Part shown: positions 51,581 to 60,336 of the stretch, piece after piece
Layout: each line of letters begins with the position of its first letter
Position numbering within the stretch: the stretch's first letter is position 1
NCBI GenBank assembly: GCA_963662405.2
Contig: CAXXKT010000001.1
Location: 576,001-640,000 of the forward strand
Reading direction: 5' to 3'
From: Syntrophales bacterium
GTDB taxonomy: Bacteria; Desulfobacterota; Syntrophia; Syntrophales; UBA2210
DNA length: 64,000 nucleotides
The notes under the pieces: model-generated
Databases searched by the model: none
Seen by the model: the letters and a program-made list of their open reading frames with translations, nothing else
What the model was told of the DNA's origin: nothing
Program-made: the position numbers and the translations under genes

Positions 51581-52351
51581 ATGGCCATACCGAGAATCTA
51601 TCACCCTCAAACCCTCAACACGGGGACAATGACTCAACTGGGGGAGGATTATATCGTTTATCTGCGGGATGTCCTGCGACTCGGAGAAGAGGATGAGCTG
51701 ATCCTCTTCGACGGGGTGGGTCACGAATACCGCTCGGTCATCAGGAAGTTCACCCCCGGCGCCATCCGCGTGGAGGTAATCGCACAGGAGGAGATCACCC
51801 TCCCCGAAACGCGGATCACCCTCGCCCAATCGCTCCCCAAGGGGGATAAGATGAAGTTCATCATCCAGAAGACCACCGAACTGGGAGTCAGCCGAATCGT
51901 TCCCTTCATCTCCTCGCGCTCCGTCCCCCGGCTCACGGGGGACCGTGCAGCAGGGAAGGCGACCCGGTGGCGCAAGGTGGCTGTTGAAGCATCCCGACAG
52001 TGCGGCAGGGCCGATGTCCCCGAGGTGAGCGAGATCGTACCCTTCGACGAGATGCTCCGCTCGGCGGAGGGAGAAACGCTCCGGATCATCCTGTGGGAAG
52101 GGGAGGAAAAGCGGGGAGTCCGGGAGATACTGACCGATGAACGGTACGCGGAGACGGACGGATATTGCATCGTTATCGGCCCGGAGGGGGGGTTCTCCTG
52201 GGAGGAAATCGAACGGGCCCGCCGACACGGCTTCCTTTCCGCAAGTTTGGGGAGGCTGATCCTGCGGACCGAGACGGCCCCTCTCGCCGTCCTGTCCATC
52301 CTTCAGTACGAGAAGGGACTTTTCGGTACATCCAAGGAGAAAGCCCCATGA
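51581..52351 (+). CDS. rsmE: 16S rRNA m3U1498 methyltransferase
   Basis: QKTTELGV, EASRQCGR, IGPEGG and LG.LILRTETA motifs. Confidence 0.95.
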   Translation: MAIPRIYHPQTLNTGTMTQLGEDYIVYLRDVLRLGEEDELILFDGVGHEYRSVIRKFTPGAIRVEVIAQEEITLPETRITLAQSLPKGDKMKFIIQKTTELGVSRIVPFISSRSVPRLTGDRAAGKATRWRKVAVEASRQCGRADVPEVSEIVPFDEMLRSAEGETLRIILWEGEEKRGVREILTDERYAETDGYCIVIGPEGGFSWEEIERARRHGFLSASLGRLILRTETAPLAVLSILQYEKGLFGTSKEKAP

Positions 52352-52932
52352 CATTCCATTACGGCGGGTTCTGGCGGCGGTGTGCGGCGATCTCGATTGA
52401 TTCGATCATCCTCGATCTGTTTGTCGTCATCCTGTACCTGATCGGGGATACCCTCATCCCCGTTGACGACGGTTTTACCCCCGGCATGGTTGTTCCCTAT
52501 TACGGGATGGCCATCCTCCTCAATGCGGTGTATTTCATCTACTTTCACGGCACGAGTGGTCAGACACCGGGGAAGCGCCTGTTCGGTCTCAGGGTCGTCC
52601 AGACGGACGGGACACCTCTGACCCCGGGGATCGCGTTTCTCCGCTGGGTGGGATACCTTATCTCCAAGATTCCCTTATTCCTCGGATTTGTGTGGGCCGC
52701 CTTCGACGCAAGGAAGCAGGGGTGGCACGACAAGATCGCAGGAACCTGTGTCATCAGGACAATCGAATACCGGCGGGACTCAGACCGCTTATTAGCCGAC
52801 GCGCACCGGGGGCCGGATCGGGACTCTCCCTCTGGGGGCGGCGGCTTTCCCCATGACGGCGGGGAATACGGCCTACCTGAAGAAGACGGATCGATGGTGA
52901 AAAGACTTGACAAAGGAATCGAGATTGGATAA
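52348..52932 (+). CDS. RDD-family membrane protein
   Basis: GFWRR.AA..ID, GQTPGK...GLRVV and QGWHDKIAGT motifs. Confidence 0.88.
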   Translation: MTFHYGGFWRRCAAISIDSIILDLFVVILYLIGDTLIPVDDGFTPGMVVPYYGMAILLNAVYFIYFHGTSGQTPGKRLFGLRVVQTDGTPLTPGIAFLRWVGYLISKIPLFLGFVWAAFDARKQGWHDKIAGTCVIRTIEYRRDSDRLLADAHRGPDRDSPSGGGGFPHDGGEYGLPEEDGSMVKRLDKGIEIG

Positions 52933-52935
52933 AAG
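52907..52935 (+). promoter_or_regulatory. Probable sigma-70 promoter for tRNA-Phe
   Basis: TTGACA-N17-TAAAAG just upstream of the tRNA. Confidence 0.45.
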
Positions 52936-52959
52936 CCAGACGTTCTTCAGGAGATATGT

Positions 52960-53035
52960 GGGTCGGTAGCTCAGTCGGTAGAGCACGGGACTGAAAATCC
53001 CGGTGTCGGCAGTTCGATTCTGCCCTGACCCACCA
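52960..53035 (+). tRNA. tRNA-Phe (GAA)
   Basis: 76-nt cloverleaf: GGGTCGG/CTGACCC acceptor stem, AGCTCAGTCGGTAGAGC D arm, CTGAAAA anticodon loop, GTTCGATTC T loop and encoded CCA. Confidence 0.97.
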
Positions 53036-53045
53036 TTTCAATAAA

Positions 53046-53081
53046 AAAAGAGGCCATCCGTTCTTCCGGGTGGCCTCTTTT
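53046..53081 (+). terminator. Intrinsic terminator after tRNA-Phe (possibly bidirectional)
   Basis: AAAAGAGGCCATCCG-loop-CGGGTGGCCTCTTTT. Confidence 0.8.
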
Positions 53082-53194
53082 CCTTATTGCCGTGGTCAGA
53101 ACTGACCACGGTAGCACCATTCTGAACAGGTGCCACCACGAACCGGGGGCACGCATACCTCTTTCTGCGCCCCCATAATACAATGATTATTTCA

Positions 53195-53223
53195 TTGACA
53201 CATCTCACCGTTTATCATAGTTT
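53195..53223 (+). promoter_or_regulatory. Candidate sigma-70 promoter
   Basis: TTGACA-N17-TAGTTT in AT-rich DNA upstream of 53320. Confidence 0.4.
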
Positions 53224-53319
53224 TCCCCGATTCAACGTGATTTTTTGTATCCATCAGCTCGGTTTTTGGCGCACCGATCACACACAAATCATATATCGCA
53301 GCATTCAGGTTACTTTTTT

Positions 53320-54111
53320 ATGAACGGACTGATTATCGCCTGTGGGAAAAAAGATTCCCTCGGTAACGACAGGCTCATGAACCCACGGGGGCTGATGTGT
53401 TTTGGTAAGCGGGAGGTCGTCGCTCATATCGTGGACAAGATGGCAGACGTGGGTGTTTCTTCCGTCTGGATTATCGTCGAGCAGGGCCTTCGAGAAGCAT
53501 ACGAAACGGTTTTCAAAAAGTCCAAATCCGGCTGCACCGTATATATCGAGGAATTCTCAGGTCTTGAGAGCGTTCCCGCCTATATCTACGGCGCGCTGAG
53601 ATTCTCCCACGGAGCCCCTCTCGTCGCCATCGCCGATGACAATCTGTTTACCTTCTCGCTGGCCCCCCTCGTCGAAAGCGCTCTCCGGCGCGACAAATCG
53701 GTGCTGGCCGTCCGTGATCGATCAGCGATTGACGGTGACGCCGCACAGATGAACCTGGGAGAAGTAGTCGTCGATCGGAACGGTAAAATCACCAAATTCC
53801 GGGATTCCTTTACCGACGCCGGGATACTCCACAGTCGCCTTATTGCCCTTGATATCTGGGTGTTTCACCCTTGTACCGTTGCTTTGATTGACGCCCTGCT
53901 GAAGAAGAATACACCGCTGGCATCCCTTACCAAAACATTTATCAACAATCTCAGCTGCTACGAAATGAACGACGGATTCTGGGCCGATGTCGGGAAAAAA
54001 TCGCTGCGTCATTCGGCATCTCTCTATTTTTCAAAAAGCCTCCCTGACGAAGAGACCGTCTCTGTGGATAGCGAAGATCCCTCCTCACACAGTCGACCCC
54101 TGCGGATATGA
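53320..54111 (+). CDS. Divergent sugar-phosphate nucleotidyltransferase-like protein
   Basis: GLIIACG...NPRGL, IADDNLF, GKITKF and GFWADVG segments resemble the NTP-transferase fold, but the GxGTR signature is degenerate. Confidence 0.55.
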   Translation: MNGLIIACGKKDSLGNDRLMNPRGLMCFGKREVVAHIVDKMADVGVSSVWIIVEQGLREAYETVFKKSKSGCTVYIEEFSGLESVPAYIYGALRFSHGAPLVAIADDNLFTFSLAPLVESALRRDKSVLAVRDRSAIDGDAAQMNLGEVVVDRNGKITKFRDSFTDAGILHSRLIALDIWVFHPCTVALIDALLKKNTPLASLTKTFINNLSCYEMNDGFWADVGKKSLRHSASLYFSKSLPDEETVSVDSEDPSSHSRPLRI

Positions 54112-55064
54112 GTAGACCTCCGAAACGCATACGATCCACTATCATCCGACTGTGCTGGTCCGCCGCAGATATCCTGTGCATGGCCATTGTCCTCTTCCTC
54201 AAAAGAAGACTGGCCACGCGGTCACACGAGCAGGCCCTCGCGTCGGGAAAGAGGGCGGGAACAGCCCTCTTTATTATTTCAAGCATCCTCCATCGTCTGG
54301 CACTTCAGGAGGAATCCATCTCCCGGAATATCCGCCTGACCTTCGGTGATGATATGGCTCCCCGCGATGTCAGACGGACGGCAAAGGAATCCTACCAGCA
54401 CATGGCGATGAGCATCGCGGAGACCCTCGCCAGCCTTTCATGGCCGGAGAGCAAGCTGCACACGACCTTCTTCATCAAAGGTTCGGAGCATATTGACGAT
54501 ACCCTGCAATCCAACAGAAAATTGATCCTTGCCGGCGGTCACTACGGAAACTGGGAGTTGCTTGTCCACTTCCCGCTTATCCTCGGCCTTGACAAGAAGG
54601 TGGTTACGGTTATGCAGGATTTTCCGCTCCACCGCTTCTCTCATTTTCTGAAAACCATGCGCGGCAACGGACTCGATGCAATCCTCTTCCGGGGAAAGGG
54701 AACACCACAAAAGGTCATATCTACGCTCCAGGGGAACGATATCGTGGGAATCATCCTTGATCATCATACCGCAAACCAGCCGGTGATCGAGGTCCCCTTC
54801 TTCCAGCGACCGGCGAAGACACAGACGGCCCCCGCCTTTCTCGCCAGAGAGACGGGGGCACCGGTGCTTCCCGTTTTTGTGCGACGTCTCCGTACCGATC
54901 CCACGAAACATATGATATCCATCTATCCGGCGATTCAATCGAACCCTTTACGGAGATATGACGAGGATGCCGTATCGATCCTTTCCTATTACAGGACCCT
55001 CCTGGAAAAACAGATACGCGACGACCCCGGACAGTACCTGTGGACCTTTATCCCGTGGGAGTGA
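54108..55064 (+). CDS. LpxL/HtrB-family lipid acyltransferase
   Basis: GHYGNWE, VGIILDH, VPFF and IRDDPGQYLW motifs. Confidence 0.85.
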   Translation: MSRPPKRIRSTIIRLCWSAADILCMAIVLFLKRRLATRSHEQALASGKRAGTALFIISSILHRLALQEESISRNIRLTFGDDMAPRDVRRTAKESYQHMAMSIAETLASLSWPESKLHTTFFIKGSEHIDDTLQSNRKLILAGGHYGNWELLVHFPLILGLDKKVVTVMQDFPLHRFSHFLKTMRGNGLDAILFRGKGTPQKVISTLQGNDIVGIILDHHTANQPVIEVPFFQRPAKTQTAPAFLARETGAPVLPVFVRRLRTDPTKHMISIYPAIQSNPLRRYDEDAVSILSYYRTLLEKQIRDDPGQYLWTFIPWE

Positions 55065-55187
55065 GGCCATATTTTTTGTGTTGATTTTTTTATCCAGAAT
55101 TGCATATATATACAGGAGATTGTATCTGATTCTTTATCTTGCGGAGGGGTCCTCCGCGGCCATCGACATCACGAAAGGAGACACACA

Positions 55188-57269
55188 ATGAAAGCAACCC
55201 CCCATATCCTGCGAGGATTGACGACGCTGATGATCCTTTCTTTTTTTCTATTCGGCCCCTCCTGCGGTAGCGGGACCGCGGCTGAGTATGAGGACTGCGT
55301 GATCGGTCCAGGGAATTGCATCATCATCGACACCAACAATGATCACATCCCCAACCCCGGGCCGGGCGCGGGGGATGACGCCTCCTTTGTCGTCCAGTAC
55401 TCGACCGACAACCAGACCCTCAGGGTGTACGCGGAAGGCGGCGTCGGGATCTTTCCATCGATGGACCCTCCTTATCCGGAGGCGTGGTTTTATCAGTACA
55501 ATGCCGGGACCTCCGTTTTCGAGGAAGTCGCGGGGACGGACGGCGTTACGAGCTTCAATGACTTTCACGATTATCTGCAGGTCCGATTCGTCCCCGGCAA
55601 GGTCAACGGGTCGGCGACCTTGAACCGGTTCGAGTTCTACTGGCTGAACACCCTCGTAGAGGGCGATTGGCGTAATACTGATTTCCCGGATCTTGCATGG
55701 AACGCGGGGGACAAGGTCGGGACCTTCACGCTGGTGGACAACAATCACGACGGGTTCTACGATACCATCGAGTATCTCATCTCGCTCAATACCACGCACC
55801 CCTGGATCCCCTCCGTCAATGTCCTGGCGGATCAGGCGTTGGAGTACTACCCCTCGGCGAGCGACCGGCAGTATCTGGTCATACCCCAGATGGCTCACGT
55901 GTATCAGCTATCTCCCTTCGAGGAAATCGGGCCGTTCGATATCTTCATCCCCCGGGACGGCGATGGGATCTGTCTCGAATGCGGGGGAGAAAAACTTTTC
56001 GAGGTCTCACGGGAGGTCACCGAAACGGGCACAACCTATCCCCTCTACTATCCCCATGTGGCGTGCACGACCGTGTGGGGAACGGAGATCTGCGCCATCA
56101 ACACCAGCGCAACCGAGACAGTCAATGGTGTTTTCCGTGGGTACAGCGACGCGGGGGTGCTGATCTCCGAGATCGACGACGTCGCCCTCCCTCCCCACGG
56201 CCGGAGGGAGATCGCCGTGTGTGACGATTTTACCGATTCGGCAAATATCGGCTACATCGTCTTCGAGTCCGACAGCGAGGACGTGGTGGGGTACACGAAG
56301 TTCTACCGGGACGGGTACTATCGCGTCGCGATTCCCGCCGTTTCCGAGATCAACGCCGGAGACATCTACGTCACCCACATTGCGTCCGATGAAGCCAGAG
56401 GGTGGGGGACCGGGATCAGCCTTCTCAATACGACCGCGTCGGCCAAGACCGTGACGATCGAGTTCGACAACGGGCAGACCCGTGATGTGGATCTGGCGGC
56501 CCATGAGCACAAGGCGGTCCTGGTCAGGTCCCTCTTTGGCGGTCAGTACCAGCCGGGGATCAACTCGGCCGTGATCCGTGATGCGGACGGGGTGATCGGA
56601 CTGGAGATCTTCACCAACGGTGTGGGGTACCAGATGAGCGGTATCCTGCTGAAGGACAGGACCGCCACGACCATGTACTATCCGCATACCCGGAACGCGG
56701 GCGACTGGGGGACGGGTATTGTGGCCTACAATCCGTCGGAGACGAAATGTGACCTCACCATTTCTCCGTATACGGCGGCGGGTGTGGCCCTTCCCCAGGC
56801 GGAAGAGGAGATTGCCGGGGGTGCGCACTATATCGGGCTGGTATCACAACTCGTGGATGAGACGACGGCCTGGCTGAAGATAGAGTCGACGGCCGAGATC
56901 ACGGGTCTCGAACTTCTGGCGCAGGGTACGAACCGTCTGGCCGGCTGCAGCTGCGTCGGCATCACCGGGACGGCGGGTGTTTTCTCCAAGCTGGAGCGGG
57001 ACGGTACGACGGAGATTGCCTTTGCGAACACGGAGGGCGCTGCGGCGACGGTGACCCTGACGGCGTACAACGATGCCGGTGACGTGATCGCCACGGAAGT
57101 GGTTGCACTGGGCGCGTATGCGAAGCGCTCCGGGGCACCGGTGGATCTCTTTGCGGGAGATATTACCGGGGCCACCTATATCGGCTACGTATCGAACCGG
57201 GCCCTGGCCGCGCTTCAGGTCAACGCCGCGTCCGATAACATGATGCTGGATGCGCTGCCGGGGCTGTGA
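55188..57269 (+). CDS. Secreted hypothetical protein with four C-terminal beta-rich repeats
   Basis: AAAGGAG RBS, signal peptide, acidic N-domain, and repeats beginning LYYPH..WGTEI..N, IYVTH..WGTGI..N, MYYPH..WGTGI..N and VFSK..TTEI..N. Confidence 0.7.
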   Translation: MKATPHILRGLTTLMILSFFLFGPSCGSGTAAEYEDCVIGPGNCIIIDTNNDHIPNPGPGAGDDASFVVQYSTDNQTLRVYAEGGVGIFPSMDPPYPEAWFYQYNAGTSVFEEVAGTDGVTSFNDFHDYLQVRFVPGKVNGSATLNRFEFYWLNTLVEGDWRNTDFPDLAWNAGDKVGTFTLVDNNHDGFYDTIEYLISLNTTHPWIPSVNVLADQALEYYPSASDRQYLVIPQMAHVYQLSPFEEIGPFDIFIPRDGDGICLECGGEKLFEVSREVTETGTTYPLYYPHVACTTVWGTEICAINTSATETVNGVFRGYSDAGVLISEIDDVALPPHGRREIAVCDDFTDSANIGYIVFESDSEDVVGYTKFYRDGYYRVAIPAVSEINAGDIYVTHIASDEARGWGTGISLLNTTASAKTVTIEFDNGQTRDVDLAAHEHKAVLVRSLFGGQYQPGINSAVIRDADGVIGLEIFTNGVGYQMSGILLKDRTATTMYYPHTRNAGDWGTGIVAYNPSETKCDLTISPYTAAGVALPQAEEEIAGGAHYIGLVSQLVDETTAWLKIESTAEITGLELLAQGTNRLAGCSCVGITGTAGVFSKLERDGTTEIAFANTEGAAATVTLTAYNDAGDVIATEVVALGAYAKRSGAPVDLFAGDITGATYIGYVSNRALAALQVNAASDNMMLDALPGL

Positions 57270-57330
57270 TCTGCTTTGGCTCATCAGCGCCGTGCCAGCA
57301 CCATAAGACAGATCAGAAGCACCATACCGT

Positions 57331-57363
57331 GAAGGCGCAGGGGGTTGCACACCCTGCGCCTTC
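57331..57363 (+). terminator. Strong hairpin, probable terminator
   Basis: GAAGGCGCAGGG-N9-CCCTGCGCCTTC is a perfect 12-bp stem; the T tail is weak. Confidence 0.5.
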
Positions 57364-57459
57364 CCTTTGTACTGACATTTCTGATTCGAACGATAGCGTG
57401 TGGTGAAAAATGCATGCGATACGCGGTGATATGCCAATGCGAAGAAAGGAATCGGGTTC

Positions 57460-58233
57460 GTGGAAAGCGGAGTAGTCAAAACGAACACAGATTTCATACG
57501 TGATCCCATCGCGCACAGAAAGCGGCTGTTCATCCCCGAGCTTCACGACATCCATCCCGGCTCCTGCCGGACGCTAGCCCGCATCATCTCTTCCCTCCCA
57601 CCAACGGTGACACAATCTCTGACACTCCTGATCGTCCCCTACTGGCGGGATAAAGAGGCGATCAATCCGGGGACCCCCCTGCTCGGCCTGATCCATTCCC
57701 TCCCGGGAGAGAGGGTCCTCCATGGATACTCGCACGACCGCCCCGATACGATCTGGAACCGTCTCTGGTTCGGAACCGAGCACCACGGAGAGTTTGACGG
57801 TTTGGAGGCGAGTGATGCGACCACGCGAATCATGATGGGACTTTCGGCCTTTGAGCGAGCGGGACTCCCGCGGCCCCGCCTCTTCTGTGCCCCCCGGTGG
57901 CTCCAGAACAGGGCGACCACCGACGCCTTGTTTGAACTCGGTTTCGCTGGATTTATGGACAGGAGAGGGGTCATGACCCGAAACGGAGTACGCCATGCCA
58001 TACCGGCCGTCGGATTTGATACGGGCCGCAGGCGATGGAAAACGATCTTCCATCTCCTCGCGACCCGGCTGTATATCGATTTTCTTATGAAAACGGGCCG
58101 TCCTTTCCGCCTCGCCCTGCACCCCTCCGACACGGAGGACAACCGCATCGTCCGGTTCCTCACAGAACTCTTTGCGCGCCTGGAGCGTGACGGTTGGCAA
58201 CCGGCCACCGTCGACGAAATCATTACCCTATGA
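57460..58233 (+). CDS. Polysaccharide-deacetylase-like protein (DUF2334 type)
   Basis: ELHDIHP, LHGYSH, GEF, FCAPRW and RLALHPSD motifs. Confidence 0.72.
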   Translation: MESGVVKTNTDFIRDPIAHRKRLFIPELHDIHPGSCRTLARIISSLPPTVTQSLTLLIVPYWRDKEAINPGTPLLGLIHSLPGERVLHGYSHDRPDTIWNRLWFGTEHHGEFDGLEASDATTRIMMGLSAFERAGLPRPRLFCAPRWLQNRATTDALFELGFAGFMDRRGVMTRNGVRHAIPAVGFDTGRRRWKTIFHLLATRLYIDFLMKTGRPFRLALHPSDTEDNRIVRFLTELFARLERDGWQPATVDEIITL

Positions 58234-59222
58234 ACGATCCATCCAAACTCTTATCGGTTATCACTACCGTCCACAACGGGGCTCGGGATATCGGAGCATG
58301 TCTCCGGTCTATTGCTCTGCAGGAGGAGATCGACGATTACGATGTCGAGATCATCGTCGTGGACGATCGGAGTGAGGAAGATATCGCCGGTCAGGTGCAC
58401 CATGCGGCTGTTTCAAACGTCTGTCTCATTCGAATTGATGAATACAGCTCCTCTGATCGAACGGCACGACAGGTCGCCCTCGACGCAGGGTTCGCAAAGG
58501 CCCGGGGTTCGGTGATCTTCCTGATCGACAGTGACGGAATCGCGCCGGTACGGTGGATGCGGCAGGTCCTCGATCTCTTCGAATCAACGGGGGCCGATGC
58601 CGTCGCTGGCTCTCTCGTCTTCAGACCACCGCCCCCGTTTATCTCCGCCCTGCAGACCGTCGATGCCGCCTTCTACTTTTCATGGTGCCGGATTATGAAC
58701 GGCCTGGGGGTAAAGACCGGCGGGTATTTCGGGAACTTCGCCGTCCGCCGGAAAGCGTATCTGTCGATCGGCGGGTTTCGCGCCCTCGGCTTCACGCTCA
58801 CCGAAGACCAGGCCTTCATCCGGGCGCTGCACGATCATGGACGGACCGTGACGTTTCTCGACCACAATCCGGTGTCGGTGAAGACGCCGCCTTCATGGGG
58901 CGCCGTGCTGGATCGTTCGATGCGATTCAGCACCGGCGGGCTTTCCTGTCTTGCCGCTGCGTTTGTCCTCTGGGTCCTGGTACTTCCCGTATTGGCGATG
59001 GGAGGCACCCTGTGGGGAGGTATATTCTGGGGGGCAACACTCTTCCGTTTTCTTGCCGGCCTTATCCTGATCTTATTTTCACTTCCCGGGAAGATCAGGC
59101 CCCTTTACATTCCCGTTCTTCTTTGCTACGAACCGATTGCCATCATTATCGCCATGTGTGCGGTGTTTCGTGTGATCGTTTTACGAGAGGTTGATTGGGG
59201 AGGGATCACATATAAACGATGA
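58230..59222 (+). CDS. GT2 glycosyltransferase with C-terminal TM helices
   Basis: VDDRS, LIDSD, GNFAVR, IGGF and LTED motifs; C-terminal WGG. Confidence 0.8.
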   Translation: MNDPSKLLSVITTVHNGARDIGACLRSIALQEEIDDYDVEIIVVDDRSEEDIAGQVHHAAVSNVCLIRIDEYSSSDRTARQVALDAGFAKARGSVIFLIDSDGIAPVRWMRQVLDLFESTGADAVAGSLVFRPPPPFISALQTVDAAFYFSWCRIMNGLGVKTGGYFGNFAVRRKAYLSIGGFRALGFTLTEDQAFIRALHDHGRTVTFLDHNPVSVKTPPSWGAVLDRSMRFSTGGLSCLAAAFVLWVLVLPVLAMGGTLWGGIFWGATLFRFLAGLILILFSLPGKIRPLYIPVLLCYEPIAIIIAMCAVFRVIVLREVDWGGITYKR

Positions 59223-59959
59223 TACACGTCTCAGAGGAAGCGTTCATCCGCCCGTTCAAAACCGAAGATCGTTCAGCGGTGAGGGACATCGCGTACCGCA
59301 CGGCGTTTCGCCGTCGAGGTGAACGCATTTTCCCCGGCCTGGCAAAACCCGTCGCCGACTATCTTACCCTGTATTACACGGATCACGAACCCCGTCATAC
59401 CTGGGTCCTGGAAAATGAGGGCCGGGTCACGGGATATCTTCTGGGCTGCTCCGACACGCAACGTTACATCCGTCTGATGGCGACACGGGTCATCCCGCTC
59501 ATCCTCTGCGCCATACCGTTATACCTCCTGAAGTCGGAATCGAAAGACACAACAGGGAGATTCATGAAGTGGTTTCTGCTCCATTCGTGGCGAGAGGTTC
59601 CCTCCGTTCCTGTGCGAGAATTCCCCGCTCATTGCCATTTCAATCTCCTTCCCGGCTCATATGGCCTGATGTATGCGTCGAGACTCCTTCTGGCATTCCT
59701 GGAACAACTGAACGAGCGGGAGATACAAGGCGTTCATTTTGCCGTTACCGAACGGGAACGCAGGGGCGCATACAAGGGAATGGCCGACAGGTTTGTCCGG
59801 CACTATCCGCAAACGAAAATCTACTACAGGGAACGACGATCTTCCTTTCATTCCACGGTATTCGGAAATACAGAGAGTATAATCAACAGGGTCTGGGGTA
59901 TGTCAGTGAGGGATCTGACAACAGGTGTGAGCATGATGGCCTCATTATTTCACCTCTAA
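59219..59959 (+). CDS. GNAT-like acetyltransferase
   Basis: IRPF..ED, YYTDHEP, GRVTGYLLG and FPAHCHFNLLP segments. Confidence 0.6.
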   Translation: MIHVSEEAFIRPFKTEDRSAVRDIAYRTAFRRRGERIFPGLAKPVADYLTLYYTDHEPRHTWVLENEGRVTGYLLGCSDTQRYIRLMATRVIPLILCAIPLYLLKSESKDTTGRFMKWFLLHSWREVPSVPVREFPAHCHFNLLPGSYGLMYASRLLLAFLEQLNEREIQGVHFAVTERERRGAYKGMADRFVRHYPQTKIYYRERRSSFHSTVFGNTESIINRVWGMSVRDLTTGVSMMASLFHL

Positions 59960-59979
59960 TGATCAGAGGAGGGTCGGTT

Positions 59980-60222
59980 ATGAAAAGGAACAAGGCGGTA
60001 TCGGCACTGAAACGAATTGCACAGATCCTTACTGTGTGGGTTGTGTTGGCGGGGGGATATATCGCAGCCATCGTGGCGTATGACGTCACCGTCTTCGGAT
60101 GGTTAGACCTGCGGAAGGCCACTCTCCACAAGGCCTTATGGGTCCCGGCATTTCAGACTGTTTTCCTGTGCCTTGCTTTCGCCTGTCGTTTCGCATACCG
60201 GAGATGGCGCAACGCAGACTGA
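59980..60222 (+). CDS. Small two-TM membrane protein
   Basis: GGAGG RBS and ATG at 59980; two hydrophobic segments. Confidence 0.5.
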   Translation: MKRNKAVSALKRIAQILTVWVVLAGGYIAAIVAYDVTVFGWLDLRKATLHKALWVPAFQTVFLCLAFACRFAYRRWRNAD

Positions 60223-60336
60223 AAGATGAAGCCAGCTGTCGCAGCGATAATGCCGGTGGCCCAACCGACTCATATGATTCAAGAAGCGGATTGTAAACGA
60301 TGAAGTGTGCGTGAGATTCGAAGGAAGAGTGACGCT

